From NCBI GenBank assembly GCA_045046875.1, contig JASFYY010000082.1, forward strand, positions 1 to 26,959: a stretch of 26,959 bases of DNA, written 5' to 3'. The translations under genes and the position numbers were made by a program. The notes beneath the pieces were generated by a model. It was not told the origin of the DNA. It saw nothing but the letters and a program-made list of their open reading frames with translations, and made no database searches. The number at the start of each line of letters is the position of its first letter. Position 1 is the first letter of the stretch. Below are positions 16,791-26,959 of this stretch, piece by piece. The stretch is from Verrucomicrobiota bacterium (GTDB lineage: Bacteria > Verrucomicrobiota > Verrucomicrobiia > Verrucomicrobiales > DEV007).

Positions 16791-19505
16791 CTATGCATTC
16801 TCCCGTAGAATCTGTTGAAGCACGTATGGCAAAATACCGCCGGCACGATAATAATCAATCTCCACGGGTGTATCGATGCGCACCAGCAAAGGCAATTCAA
16901 AGGAAGCTCCATCAGATTTGGTCACTTTCAATACACACTCGCTGAGCGGCTGTGTGTCATTATCAATCCCCAGAATGCTGAAACTGGCATCCGACAAATC
17001 GGCCACCTGATCGTAGTCCTCCTTGTTTTTGAAATTCAATGGCAATACGCCCATGCCCACCAGATTCGAACGATGAATGCGCTCAAAGCTCTTGGTCACC
17101 ACGGCTTTCACTCCCAGTAACTTAGTTCCCTTGGCCGCCCAGTCACGCGATGATCCCATACCGTAATCCTCACCACCGATCACCACCAACGGCTTGTCTT
17201 CTTGTTTGTATTTCTCAGCAGCATCAAAGATGTCCATCTGCTCTCCTTCACTCGAACCCTCAGCGTAATACTGTGTCACGCCGCCTTCGGTGCCGGGGCA
17301 CATGAGGTTTTTGATCCGCACATTGGCAAAAGTTCCGCGAGTCATCACGCGGTCGTTACCACGACGCGATCCGAAGGAATTGAATAAAGCCTGTTCCACA
17401 CCATTGGCGCTCAAATAACGTCCGGCTGGACCGTCCGGCTTGATCGCTCCCGCTGGAGAAATATGATCAGTGGTCACCGAGTCGCCGAAAATGCCCAGTG
17501 GTCGAGCGTCGTTGATCTCAACGATGTCCTCAGGCTCCATGGAGAAATTTTCAAAGAAAGGCGGATCCTGAACGTAAGTCGAATCTTCGTTCCAAGTGTA
17601 AACACTACCGGTCGATGCAGGGATCTCATTCCACTTAGGATTGAGCGCTTCAAAGTCGGTGTACATCTGACGAAAAGCCTCCGGTGATAAGGAGCGAGCA
17701 ATGGCATCCTTCACTTCTTCCAGCGATGGCCAGATATCTTTCAAAAATACGTCATTGCCATCAGTGTCCTGCGCCAATGGCTGGGTCGTCAGATCGATGT
17801 CAACCGTACCAGCAATCGCGTAAGCCACCACCAGTGGTGGGCTCATAAGAAAGTTCGAGCGGATATTTTGATGAATCCGCGCTTCAAAATTCCGGTTACC
17901 GGACAGTACCGAAGCCACCACCAGCTCCTTATCCTGAATCACACTCTCAATGCCGGGATCGAGCGGCCCCGAGTTGCCTATACAAGTGGTGCAACCATAG
18001 CCCACCGTTTCAAAACCGAGCTGGTCGAGCTCTTTTTGCAAGTCCGTCTTGGTGAGATAATCCGTCACCACACGCGATCCGGGTCCGAGTGAAGTTTTCA
18101 CCGCAGGATTGATCGTCAAACCTTTTGCGTTCGCCTTCTGAGCAAGCAAACCTGCCGCCAACATCACGCTGGGATTGGAAGTATTGGTGCAAGAAGTGAT
18201 CGCCGCGATCACCACCGAACCATCCTTGATGCTGTCTTTCACCCCTCCCTTGCTATCCACCGTCACTTCGTTGTCATCGGTGTTTTTTTCCTTCTCAAAT
18301 CCTCCGTCGTTTTTCGAAATTCCCATCAACTCAGTGAAACGGTCCGCTAAATCAGGCAGCTCGATTCGATCCTGTGGGCGTTTCGGCCCAGACACCGCTG
18401 GCACCACATCCGCAAGATCCAACTCAAGCTGATCGGTGTAGTCGATGTCACCCTTTTCAGGAATGCCCCACAAATTCTGCGCTTTATAATAAGCCTCGAA
18501 AGTCGCCACCGCTTCTTCAGAACGACCAGTGCCAGTCAAATAAGCGGACGACTCTTCATCAATCGGGAAAAAGCCCATCGTTGCGCCGTATTCAGGTGCC
18601 ATGTTGGCAACTGTCGCCCGATCCGGCAGCGGCAACGCGCGTGCGCCTTCTCCAAAAAATTCCACGAATTTACCCACCACGCCATACTCGCGTAACATTT
18701 GGGTTACGTGTAAAGCCAAGTCGGTCGCCGTCACTCCCTCGCGCAGCGCTCCCGTCATGTGAACCCCTACCACTTCCGGCACCAGAAAAGTCACCGGTTG
18801 ACCGAGCATGCCCGCTTCCGCTTCGATGCCGCCCACTCCCCAAGCCACCACCCCAAGACCATTGATCATGGTGGTATGCGAATCCGTTCCGACCAGCGTA
18901 TCAGGGTAATACATGCCGTCCTTTGACAACACACCCGATGCCAGATATTCCAAATTCACCTGATGCACAATGCCGATACCCGGGGGCACCACCGAAAAAG
19001 TATCAAAAGCCTGCTGCCCCCATTTCAAAAACTCGTAGCGCTCACGGTTACGGGTGAACTCCAAATCGAGATTCTTGCTCAAAGCGTCCGCAGTGCCCGC
19101 AAAATCCACCTGCACCGAGTGATCCACCACCAGGTCAACCGGCACCAAGGGCTCGATCATGCCCGCATCCTTGCCCATGCGATCCACCGCCGAACGCATC
19201 GCAGCGAGATCCACCAACAAAGGAACACCCGTAAAATCCTGCAATACAATGCGCGCTACGGTAAAAGGGATTTCGAACTCACCCGGATCCGCCGCGTTGT
19301 AATTCGCCAGATTGCGCACGTCCGCTTCAGTGACTTTTTTTCCATCAAAATTACGCAGCAACGATTCCAGAACAATGCGAATACTGACCGGCAAGCGTGA
19401 CAATTTTTCAAAACCCTGCTCCTGTAGCGCAGGAAGGGACTGGAACTGACCCTCACTGCCGTTTCCCGTGGTGAAAGTGCGGACGATATCAAATGCTTGG
19501 CTCAT
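16791..19505 (-). CDS. acnA: Aconitate hydratase A
   Basis: 904 aa; [74 protein letters not shown]. Confidence 0.97.
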   Translation of the reverse strand: MSQAFDIVRTFTTGNGSEGQFQSLPALQEQGFEKLSRLPVSIRIVLESLLRNFDGKKVTEADVRNLANYNAADPGEFEIPFTVARIVLQDFTGVPLLVDLAAMRSAVDRMGKDAGMIEPLVPVDLVVDHSVQVDFAGTADALSKNLDLEFTRNRERYEFLKWGQQAFDTFSVVPPGIGIVHQVNLEYLASGVLSKDGMYYPDTLVGTDSHTTMINGLGVVAWGVGGIEAEAGMLGQPVTFLVPEVVGVHMTGALREGVTATDLALHVTQMLREYGVVGKFVEFFGEGARALPLPDRATVANMAPEYGATMGFFPIDEESSAYLTGTGRSEEAVATFEAYYKAQNLWGIPEKGDIDYTDQLELDLADVVPAVSGPKRPQDRIELPDLADRFTELMGISKNDGGFEKEKNTDDNEVTVDSKGGVKDSIKDGSVVIAAITSCTNTSNPSVMLAAGLLAQKANAKGLTINPAVKTSLGPGSRVVTDYLTKTDLQKELDQLGFETVGYGCTTCIGNSGPLDPGIESVIQDKELVVASVLSGNRNFEARIHQNIRSNFLMSPPLVVAYAIAGTVDIDLTTQPLAQDTDGNDVFLKDIWPSLEEVKDAIARSLSPEAFRQMYTDFEALNPKWNEIPASTGSVYTWNEDSTYVQDPPFFENFSMEPEDIVEINDARPLGIFGDSVTTDHISPAGAIKPDGPAGRYLSANGVEQALFNSFGSRRGNDRVMTRGTFANVRIKNLMCPGTEGGVTQYYAEGSSEGEQMDIFDAAEKYKQEDKPLVVIGGEDYGMGSSRDWAAKGTKLLGVKAVVTKSFERIHRSNLVGMGVLPLNFKNKEDYDQVADLSDASFSILGIDNDTQPLSECVLKVTKSDGASFELPLLVRIDTPVEIDYYRAGGILPYVLQQILRENA

Positions 19506-19527
19506 GGTTCTGTGTGGCTGGTAATAG

Positions 19528-19569
19528 TTAAAACAACCGAGCCGCGTAGTTACTCACTGCCGCGGCTCG
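19528..19569 (-). terminator. Hairpin with U-rich tail between the peroxiredoxin gene and acnA
   Basis: Perfect 9-bp inverted repeat CGAGCCGCG (19538-19546) / CGCGGCTCG (19561-19569), followed on the minus strand by GTTGTTTT. Confidence 0.6.
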
Positions 19570-19589
19570 AATTTATAAATAAAGTTCAA

Positions 19590-20084
19590 TCAGGCGAGCT
19601 CGCCGAGTTTGGCTTTGATCGCATCAAAATCAGGTAACTGACCCGGATTATCGCTGCTCTCTGCGTATTGGATCACACCTTCACGGTCAATAATGAAAGC
19701 CGAACGCTTGGGCACACCGCCCATGGTCAGGTTTTTATCAGGCAAAAATGCCTCGTAAGCCACCCCGTAAGCCTGCGTCACTTCGTGCTCGTAATCGCTG
19801 AGCAATTTCAATCCAAAACCTTCTTTTTCCGCCCACGCCTGCTGCGCAAATGGATTGTCACCGCTGATCCCGATCACCTGGGCATTCAAACCGTCGTATT
19901 CGTCCATGTTCGCTGACACCGCACAAAATTCTTCGGTGCAAACTCCAGTGAAAGCCATCGGCACAAAAAGCAGCACGATGTTCGATTCCCCTGTATTCTG
20001 GCTAAGTGTGAAAAGTTCAGGACCACTTTCGCCAAGAGTCGTGAGAGTGAAATCCGGTGCTTTGTCGCCTACTGAAAGTGCCAT
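19590..20084 (-). CDS. Peroxiredoxin (AhpC/TSA family, AhpE-like)
   Basis: LSVGDKAPDFTL, FVPMAFTGVCTEE (PxxxTxxC), LLSD, RSAFIIDREGVIQY. Confidence 0.92.
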   Translation of the reverse strand: MALSVGDKAPDFTLTTLGESGPELFTLSQNTGESNIVLLFVPMAFTGVCTEEFCAVSANMDEYDGLNAQVIGISGDNPFAQQAWAEKEGFGLKLLSDYEHEVTQAYGVAYEAFLPDKNLTMGGVPKRSAFIIDREGVIQYAESSDNPGQLPDFDAIKAKLGELA

Positions 20085-20142
20085 AATGTGAGTTGAGTTG
20101 CGTTTTTTGACTAAATCTAGAAATTCTTCCTAAAGAGCGGCC

Positions 20143-20170
20143 AATATAGAGGGCGGCGGCAAGTGGTCAA
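20143..20170 (-). promoter_or_regulatory. Putative sigma70 promoter of the peroxiredoxin gene
   Basis: Minus strand TTGACC-16 nt-TATATT, ~58 nt upstream of the ATG. Confidence 0.55.
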
Positions 20171-20323
20171 TGCCAAAACCCACCCTCTAAAGCTGATTTT
20201 CATCCATTTTCACCCCCAAGTGATCAAAAATCACGCAAAACGCCCCCGAACCCTCGAGGTGAACCATTGCACCGCCTTTTTTTACAGGCTATCGTCAGCT
20301 GTTCTCCCAGCCCGCGCCCATTG

Positions 20324-21258
20324 ATGCCTTGGAAAAAAATCACCTCCACCCTGCTCATTCTGACCATCATCGGGCTATTGCTGGCGCCCCACGACCTCGA
20401 TAGCCTCTCCAATGCGACTAGCGAAACCCGCGGAGACGCTGCCCACTTCCCCGCTTTTTTACTGCTCGCTCTGCTGTTTTTTTTCCTATTGCCACCAAAA
20501 CACAGCTGCAAATTCCGCCTCATCACAAGTGCTATCATCACCACCTCCCTGGCGCTCGGCACGGAGTGGCTGCAAAGCTTTACCCCCGGGCGCATGGCAT
20601 CCCTGCATGACCTGATCGCCAACGGACTCGGTATCGCTGCCGCTATATCAGGCTTGTGGATTTGGAAAATCCATGCCCCCCCTGGTTTTTCATGGCAAAA
20701 AAAGCTTCACCTCGTCACCACCTGCCTTATCGCCGCCGCACTCACCTGGCCCTATGCCCGACACATCTCCGCCCGACTCCAAACCCAAAAACAATTCCCC
20801 CTACTGAGCGATTTCAACAACTCCGACTTCGTCTACTTGTGGAAAACCCAAAATGAAGCCCAGGCCAGCTTGAGCAGCCAAACTCCAGCCAGCCTCGAAA
20901 TCACCCTGCCTGCCCAGAGCGACTTTCCCGGCATCAACTACCTGCCCGGCCCACAAGATTGGAGCCCCTACCACAGCCTTCACCTCACCCTGATCAATCA
21001 CGGCTCCGCATTTCAACTCGGCATCCGCATCGATGACGGCGGCGACTGCAGCCAACTAAATTCCCGCTTCAACGATCAACGCCAACTCAACCCCGGCGAG
21101 AATCATATCATCATCGATCTCCAGCACATCCACCAATCCCCCAATCCCCCAAAAACAGGAAACTGAACCTCAACGCTATTCAACGCCTGCTGCTTTTCAC
21201 CCAGACGAATCCTCAAGCGCAAAAGTTTTTTATCGTCCGAATGTGGCTGGAAAAATGA
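20324..21258 (+). pseudogene. VanZ-like membrane protein with C-terminal beta-sandwich domain, frameshifted near the 3' end
   Basis: VanZ motifs DAAHFPAF and TEWLQSFTPGRMASLHDLIANGLG; soluble domain FPGI...DWSPYHSL...LNPGENHIIIDL. The ORF stops at 21166 after a CAATCCCC duplication; removing one copy extends the frame to TGA at 21258. Confidence 0.7.
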
Positions 21259-21292
21259 ACTACTAAAAATAGAGCCCCTCCTCAAAACAGGC

Positions 21293-22426
21293 TCACACCG
21301 TCAACAAAGAACGCACCTGCGACAACAGCTCGATCATCATCCTGTTTTGTCCGGCACGCATGAGAATTTCTCCCACCAGTCCGACATCTCCAAAACTGCG
21401 AATCGGCCACAATTCCGAAGTCTCTGCGCAGCCAGGGATCGAACGTCTCAAATGCCAGAAACCACTGCCTTGGCCATCATCCGAACGCACGATATCAAAA
21501 CGCGCACCGCCCTCTGCTGCCAGCAAGCTCACTTTCAAAATCGCAGAGCCAGGCATCTCCGCCTCGCTCAATTCAGCCTCAGTCTGCTCAGTCAGACCCA
21601 CCTTCAACACCTGTTGCCGCCCCATGCCTGACTCGAACACATAACTTTCCCCATCACTCACGGCAGGGTTCAATTCTGCCCGCAGTCGATTGGCTAACCA
21701 CGCCACCAACCACACCGCTGTCATCCGCTGACCAGCTCTATAGCTGATTTCCACTTTTTCCAAAGCCGAAACCTGTGCCAGTGCGGCGGGATCATCAAAA
21801 CAAAGCGCCACCGCTTCACGCAGTTGATTGCTCTGCGTATAGGCGATGTCATGCAATATGTAAGTCGCCTCTCCTTCCTGGGCAGCACTCGCCAAACGCA
21901 AAAACTGCACAGCAGGATCAACCCAATCCCGACTGTCCACGATCAAGCGTCCAATACGACTAAAAAGACGCTCTTCGAACACCTCGGACAACTCCCCCTG
22001 CCACCAGAAGATCAGCGGCAAATCCGCATCGAGATGGGCAAACACGATGTTGCGCACCATGTCGGCTGAGCTGCCGCACAACAAAAAAGAAACCTGCTCA
22101 GAACACACCGCTTTGCCTCCACTGCTGTCTATATTACAATGTGCCTGCACCCACGCGCGCACCGCCATCTCACCCTCTGGCTGGGAAACGATAAGCAAAG
22201 CACGGCAAGCATGCTCTCTGGTCAGCTCTTGGATAATCTCAGTATTCCGATTAACCTTTTCGACGCTCTCGCTGTAAACCGCCAGATTGATCAAGGACGC
22301 TCGGGCAATGCCGGTATCCGCCGCGAAATATTCACGCAGCTCACTGTCGATGCGTTTCACCGCAACCTCTTTCCCGAGCAATTCGGTAGGGATTTTGACC
22401 AAACAGCCTGCCTCTTTATTTGTCAT
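21293..22426 (-). CDS. opcA: Glucose-6-phosphate dehydrogenase assembly protein OpcA
   Basis: Immediately downstream of zwf; RASLINLAVY, EHACRALLI, VCSEQV, DLPLIFWWQG, RLIVDS. Confidence 0.85.
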   Translation of the reverse strand: MTNKEAGCLVKIPTELLGKEVAVKRIDSELREYFAADTGIARASLINLAVYSESVEKVNRNTEIIQELTREHACRALLIVSQPEGEMAVRAWVQAHCNIDSSGGKAVCSEQVSFLLCGSSADMVRNIVFAHLDADLPLIFWWQGELSEVFEERLFSRIGRLIVDSRDWVDPAVQFLRLASAAQEGEATYILHDIAYTQSNQLREAVALCFDDPAALAQVSALEKVEISYRAGQRMTAVWLVAWLANRLRAELNPAVSDGESYVFESGMGRQQVLKVGLTEQTEAELSEAEMPGSAILKVSLLAAEGGARFDIVRSDDGQGSGFWHLRRSIPGCAETSELWPIRSFGDVGLVGEILMRAGQNRMMIELLSQVRSLLTV

Positions 22427-22447
22427 CTCCTATCACTCCGGTTCAGA

Positions 22448-23995
22448 TCACAATCGACGCCAGTGGCGCCCGTCGCGACGCAATAATTCATCCGCTTCCT
22501 GTGGCCCCCAGGAGCCCGCCGGGTACTCCGCCATCTTTGGTGGAGTCTCGGATTTATGCCAAGCATCCTCAATTTGATCAATGAACTTCCACGCGTTCTC
22601 CACCTCGTCACGCCGCGCAAACAAAGTCGCGTCGCCCGCCATCGCATCAAGCAACAGGCGCTCGTAAGCTTCAGGACTGCCTTTACCAAAAGAGGTGGCG
22701 TATTGAAAATCCATTTTCACCGATTCCATGCGCAAAGCCGACCCCGGTAGTTTCGACTGCATACGCAGTGAAATACCCTCGTTAGGTTGAATCCGAATCA
22801 CCAACACATTCTCCGAATCCGCATCCGGAACGGTATTAAACAACACCGCCGGCGGCTGTTTGAAGTGAATCGAAATCTCGGTCGCCTTTTTTGGCAACTG
22901 CTTGCCCATGCGCACGTAAAACGGCACCCCTTCCCAGCGCCAGGTATCAATGTGAATACACAAAGCCACGTAAGATTCCGTCAACGAACCGGGATTGACC
23001 CGATCCTCCCGCCGGTAGGCCGAAGCCTCCTTGCCGTCCACCACTCCTGCGGTGTACTGGGCTCGCACCACATTGGCACCGACCTCTTCAGCTCCCGACA
23101 AAGGGCGCAGGGATCGCAATACCTTGACTTTTTCGTCACGAACTCCGTCCGCGCTGAGATCAGTGGGAGGCTCCATCGCAATCAAACTCAACAACTGCAA
23201 CAAATGATTCTGAACCATGTCGCGTAAAGCACCCGCCGTATCATAATAAGCTCCACGTCCGCCTTCCATACCCAGATTTTCTGCACAGGTGATCTGCACA
23301 TGGTCAATATGGCGGTTATTCCATAGAGGTTCGAAAATCGCGTTAGCAAAACGCAGCACCATGATATTCTGCGCCGTTTCCTTGCCCAGATAATGATCAA
23401 TGCGATAAGTGTCACTTTCGTGAAACGTGTCATTAACCACCCGGTTAAGATGCTGAGCGGTATTCAAATCCGTACCAAAAGGTTTCTCGACCACCGCCCT
23501 CGCCCAAGCGCCCGGCCCTGCACCAGCCGCTACTTTGTTCAAACCCGCATCACGCAAATGCAACAGGATGTCATCGAAATACTCCGGCGCGGAAGCCACG
23601 TAAAACAAACGATTACCACTGCCACCTCCCTTTGACTCAATCTCCTCCAAACGGGTTCGCAACCCTGCATAACCCTCCAAATCCTGAAACTCGCTCTGAT
23701 GGTAAAACACATTTTGAGCAAAGCTTTTCCACAACCGGTCGTTATAGGTCGTTGGGGAAATCTCCTGAATAACCGCCTCAAGACCATCGCGAAATTCTTC
23801 GTCAGATTTTTCCCGTCGCGCAAAACCGATCACCTTCAATCCCGGCGGCAAGTTTCCCTCCGCGGCCAAATTATAAAGTGCAGGGATCAGCTTGCGATGA
23901 GTGAGGTCACCCGTCGCGCCGAATATCACCAATGTGCAAGACTCCGGACGATTCCGAATGTCTAGATCTTCTTCTAAAAATGGATTGTTTTCCAT
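22448..23995 (-). CDS. zwf: Glucose-6-phosphate 1-dehydrogenase
   Basis: IFGATGDLTHRKLIPAL, VEKPFG, YRIDHYLGKE, RDMVQNHLLQ, EAYERLLLD. Confidence 0.97.
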   Translation of the reverse strand: MENNPFLEEDLDIRNRPESCTLVIFGATGDLTHRKLIPALYNLAAEGNLPPGLKVIGFARREKSDEEFRDGLEAVIQEISPTTYNDRLWKSFAQNVFYHQSEFQDLEGYAGLRTRLEEIESKGGGSGNRLFYVASAPEYFDDILLHLRDAGLNKVAAGAGPGAWARAVVEKPFGTDLNTAQHLNRVVNDTFHESDTYRIDHYLGKETAQNIMVLRFANAIFEPLWNNRHIDHVQITCAENLGMEGGRGAYYDTAGALRDMVQNHLLQLLSLIAMEPPTDLSADGVRDEKVKVLRSLRPLSGAEEVGANVVRAQYTAGVVDGKEASAYRREDRVNPGSLTESYVALCIHIDTWRWEGVPFYVRMGKQLPKKATEISIHFKQPPAVLFNTVPDADSENVLVIRIQPNEGISLRMQSKLPGSALRMESVKMDFQYATSFGKGSPEAYERLLLDAMAGDATLFARRDEVENAWKFIDQIEDAWHKSETPPKMAEYPAGSWGPQEADELLRRDGRHWRRL

Positions 23996-24092
23996 AAGCT
24001 GATTCTGATCAAATAACTAAAGATGCGTGACACGAGCCTCCGACCCGCCGCCCTCGACGAGCGATAAACACCGCTCTAGGTCACTCACTCGT

Positions 24093-25838
24093 TCAAGGCA
24101 ATGGATAGCCTTTGTTCAAATCCATCACCTTCAAGCGAATCTCTTCCAACCGCGCCGCATCTTTACGATGGGTCAGTGCCTCGTGAATCAAATCAGCTAT
24201 CACCGTCATTTGTTCTTCCTTCATTCCGCGCGTGGTCACCGCTGGGGTGCCAATGCGAATGCCTCCACCCTTGAATGGGGACTCCGTATCAAAAGGGATC
24301 GAATTTTTGTTCACGGTGATGCCTGCATGGTCGAGGGTCTCCTGAGCGATCTTACCATTCAGTCCTGCGTCACGCAGATCGACAAGAAACACATGGTTAT
24401 CCGAACCGCCGGATACGATGCGGTATCCGTTCGCTTCCATTTTCGCCGCCAGCGCCGTGGTATTTTTTACAATCTGAGCCACGTAATCCTTGAACGACGG
24501 CTTCAGAGCTTCGAGCAAACACACCGCCTTGGCTGCGATCACGTGCATCAACGGACCTCCCTGGGTTCCTGGAAAAACCATTGAATCGATTTTTTTCGCT
24601 AAATCCGCATCATTGGTCATGATCAGACCTCCACGAGGTCCGCGCAAACTCTTGTGCGTCGTAGTAGTGACAAAATGAGCATGCTGCATCGGTGACGGAT
24701 GCGCGCCACCCGCTACCAAACCTGCAATATGCGCCATATCGACAAACAAATATGCATCCACCGAATCGGCGATCTCACGCATGCGCTGCCAATCAATCAC
24801 CCGAGAATAAGCCGAAGCCCCTGCCGTGATCATATCGGGCTTGAACTCTTTGGCGGCTGCGGCCAGTTCGTCGTAATCGAGGGTTTCCGTTTCTTTGGAC
24901 ACTCCGTAGTGCTGAACTTGGTAAAATTTGCCCGAGAAATTTGCCGGATGCCCGTGGGTCAAGTGTCCCCCATGAGACAACTCCATCGTCAGTATTTTAT
25001 CGCCGGGATTGAGCACTGAATAATAAACCGCCGCGTTGGCCTGCGATCCACTGTGCGGCTGAACATTTACAAAACCCGCGTTGAAAAGCTCTTTGGCTCG
25101 TTCAATGGCCAATGCTTCCACTACGTCCACATTTTCACAACCTCCATACCAACGCTTGCCAGGGTAACCTTCCGCGTATTTGTTCGTCAAAACCGAACCC
25201 TGAGCTTCCATCACCGCTTTACTGGTGAAATTTTCCGAAGCAATCAACTCGATATTATTCTGCTGGCGCACTGCCTCTTTGCTGATCGCTTTGGCAATCT
25301 CAGGGTCCACCGATGCCAGTTTTTTACCTTCTGCGCCACAAGCCGAAGCCTCCAGCTTATCAACCCGACGTCCGTGACGCCCACCTGCCTCGAAGGCTGT
25401 AGTCAAAAATGTATCCGCAATCGCCGCCGCCGTATCGTTGTCCACTCGCGCTCCGCTGAGACACAACACATTCGAGTTGTTGTGCGTGCGAGTGATTTTT
25501 GCCGTATCCACATCATCCGCGATCGCTGCGCGGATATCCGGATGTTTGTTCGCAGCAATACTCATGCCAATGCCACTGGTGCAGCAAAGAATGCCAAAGT
25601 CGTGTTTTCCAGCAGCCACATCACAAGCCACTTGATGCGCGTAATCAGGGTAATCAACCGACTGCGCCGAATCCGTGCCGATATCCTCCACCGTATGGCC
25701 GCTGGCACGCAAGTGATTGACCACGGCTTCTTTCAGCTCATATCCGCCGTGATCTGCTCCGATAATAACGGATGCGGTCTGTTTGGAGTCGTTCACGGAT
25801 GTAGCGGGGGCATCGCTGGTATCTGTTGCTGTTGTCAT
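24093..25838 (-). CDS. glyA: Fusion of ribose-5-phosphate isomerase B (N-terminal) and serine hydroxymethyltransferase (C-terminal)
   Basis: Rpi[48 protein letters not shown]. In-frame Gly[60 protein letters not shown]. Confidence 0.95.
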   Translation of the reverse strand: MTTATDTSDAPATSVNDSKQTASVIIGADHGGYELKEAVVNHLRASGHTVEDIGTDSAQSVDYPDYAHQVACDVAAGKHDFGILCCTSGIGMSIAANKHPDIRAAIADDVDTAKITRTHNNSNVLCLSGARVDNDTAAAIADTFLTTAFEAGGRHGRRVDKLEASACGAEGKKLASVDPEIAKAISKEAVRQQNNIELIASENFTSKAVMEAQGSVLTNKYAEGYPGKRWYGGCENVDVVEALAIERAKELFNAGFVNVQPHSGSQANAAVYYSVLNPGDKILTMELSHGGHLTHGHPANFSGKFYQVQHYGVSKETETLDYDELAAAAKEFKPDMITAGASAYSRVIDWQRMREIADSVDAYLFVDMAHIAGLVAGGAHPSPMQHAHFVTTTTHKSLRGPRGGLIMTNDADLAKKIDSMVFPGTQGGPLMHVIAAKAVCLLEALKPSFKDYVAQIVKNTTALAAKMEANGYRIVSGGSDNHVFLVDLRDAGLNGKIAQETLDHAGITVNKNSIPFDTESPFKGGGIRIGTPAVTTRGMKEEQMTVIADLIHEALTHRKDAARLEEIRLKVMDLNKGYPLP

Positions 25839-25873
25839 GCTGCTGGTATTCGGTCTGTGTTTGATAGTTTGAT

Positions 25874-26365
25874 CTATTTGCTAGAGTCGTTCTCTTGCTT
25901 CGCTGTATTTTTCACAAAGTCAAGCAAAGCGGGCATTGCTTCCTGGATCAGATTACGGGTACGCTCATATTCGTCCTTGCCCATGCCAATCGGATCGGGC
26001 ACATCAAGCTCCAGTGAATCCATATCCACGCCAGAGACAAATTCCCGCAATACAAAAACTTTTTCATTACTCGCTGGAAAGTAGGAAACAATCGCATCGC
26101 GATGCCCTCGGGTCATTCCCAAAATAAAATCCGCCTGCTGCACGGTCTCCGGCGTCAGCATTTGACTGCGTTGTGCCGTGATATCAATGCCCTGCTCACG
26201 CAGCACCTCCACTGAATGATCACTCGGCGACTGCCCGTCATACACACTGATTCCCGCCGATGACACCGAGATGCCCACATCCTCAGCCACCAATTCACCA
26301 AAAAGCCCTTCCGCCATCGGACTGCGACAAATATTACCGGTACAGACAAAAAGAACCTCTTTCAT
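25874..26365 (-). CDS. Low-molecular-weight protein arginine/tyrosine phosphatase (YwlE-like)
   Basis: [16 protein letters not shown] (CX5R) and DVPDPIG; lies upstream of rpiB-glyA, as in the Bacillus ywlE-rpiB-glyA order. Confidence 0.92.
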   Translation of the reverse strand: MKEVLFVCTGNICRSPMAEGLFGELVAEDVGISVSSAGISVYDGQSPSDHSVEVLREQGIDITAQRSQMLTPETVQQADFILGMTRGHRDAIVSYFPASNEKVFVLREFVSGVDMDSLELDVPDPIGMGKDEYERTRNLIQEAMPALLDFVKNTAKQENDSSK

Positions 26366-26562
26366 AATGACTCCTCAATCGCAAGCAGGCAAAACGACCG
26401 CTTTCGCTTTGGTGAAACCCCATCATCTCCAGCGCCAGCCGTAATACCTTCAGCGACAATGGAGCGCGGCATCAGCAAATGTCAAAAAGGAAGGTCGGTT
26501 TCTTGAAAATGAAACGTCCCTGCAATCCAGACAAAGCTGAAAATACAATAGATCGCTTCAAC

Positions 26563-26959
26563 TCACTCCTCGCTCCCACCTTGCAACAACCCTGTCCCTA
26601 AATCCCGCAATACCCGCAATTCCCCCCACTGCGCCCCCCGCATCTTTCTACCGCCATCCTTGCGTCGCTCCCCAAAACACTCTCGCCGCCCCGCAAAAAA
26701 CTCATCCACAAATCCCTGACTCCCCAACACCGCCCCATCAGTAAAATACCGCACCCGACAGCGTAAAGCTGCCGCCAAAGGCAATTTCCCACCCGCCCGC
26801 AACACCTCCTCAATCTCCTCCTGAGTAAATCCCCCCTTCCGCCGATCCACTCCGTCCGGTGTAACCCCACCCAAGCGCTCCTCCCCCGTCCCATACAACA
26901 AACACCGATATTCCGCCTCCACCGTCCGCCAAGCCACCCTTTGCCGCCCCATCACCGCA
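26563..26959 (-). mobile_element. 3' end of a REP-associated tyrosine transposase (RAYT/IS200-like), truncated by the window edge
   Basis: LRCRVRYFTDGAVLGSQGFVDEFF...FGERRKDGGRKMRG recalls the C-terminus of verrucomicrobial RAYT-like transposases. The HUH/Y catalytic part lies outside the window. Confidence 0.65.

Noticed and set aside
21293..23995. zwf-opcA pair outside cyanobacteria/actinobacteria
   Set aside because: This pairing is widespread in several phyla; ordinary.
25839..25873. Triple fusion phosphatase-RpiB-GlyA by read-through
   Set aside because: The phosphatase has its own stop and is in a different frame from rpiB-glyA, with a 35-bp spacer and a separate ATG.
25053..26084. 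343-aa plus-strand ORF, and other long antisense ORFs such as 42-668, 2276-2956, 10621-11235 and 24027-24584
   Set aside because: They are shadows of well-supported genes on the opposite strand and have no recognisable motifs.
1..26959. Pervasive C-richness of the plus strand (C-runs at 1-1300, 20700-21150, 26560-26959)
   Set aside because: It occurs in genes of both orientations, so it is best explained by replication-associated GC skew rather than a local element.

Overview
Bacterial chromosomal window, probably Verrucomicrobiota (inferred from an RpiB-GlyA fusion, zwf-opcA and a verrucomicrobial-type REP-associated tyrosine transposase at the right edge). The flanks are housekeeping or metabolic: ClC H+/Cl- antiporter, WrbA-like flavodoxin, secreted GH42-like hydrolase, Gfo/Idh/MocA oxidoreductase, cyclophilin, Rieske ferredoxin, NlpC/P60 lipoprotein, stand-alone cNMP-binding protein, acnA, peroxiredoxin, a frameshifted VanZ-like gene, opcA, zwf, rpiB-glyA and an LMW phosphatase. 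The stand-out is an ~8 kb five-gene island (4485-12439). It encodes two paralogous TIR-TM-TPR receptor-like proteins with a near-constant TIR head and unrelated repeat tails. These bracket a TPR + SLOG-like + class III nucleotide cyclase with non-canonical base-specificity residues, a stand-alone GAF protein and a patatin phospholipase. The island is a candidate nucleotide-second-messenger immunity/conflict system that does not match canonical CBASS, Pycsar or Thoeris layouts. All calls are from motif reading by eye; no database searches were run.
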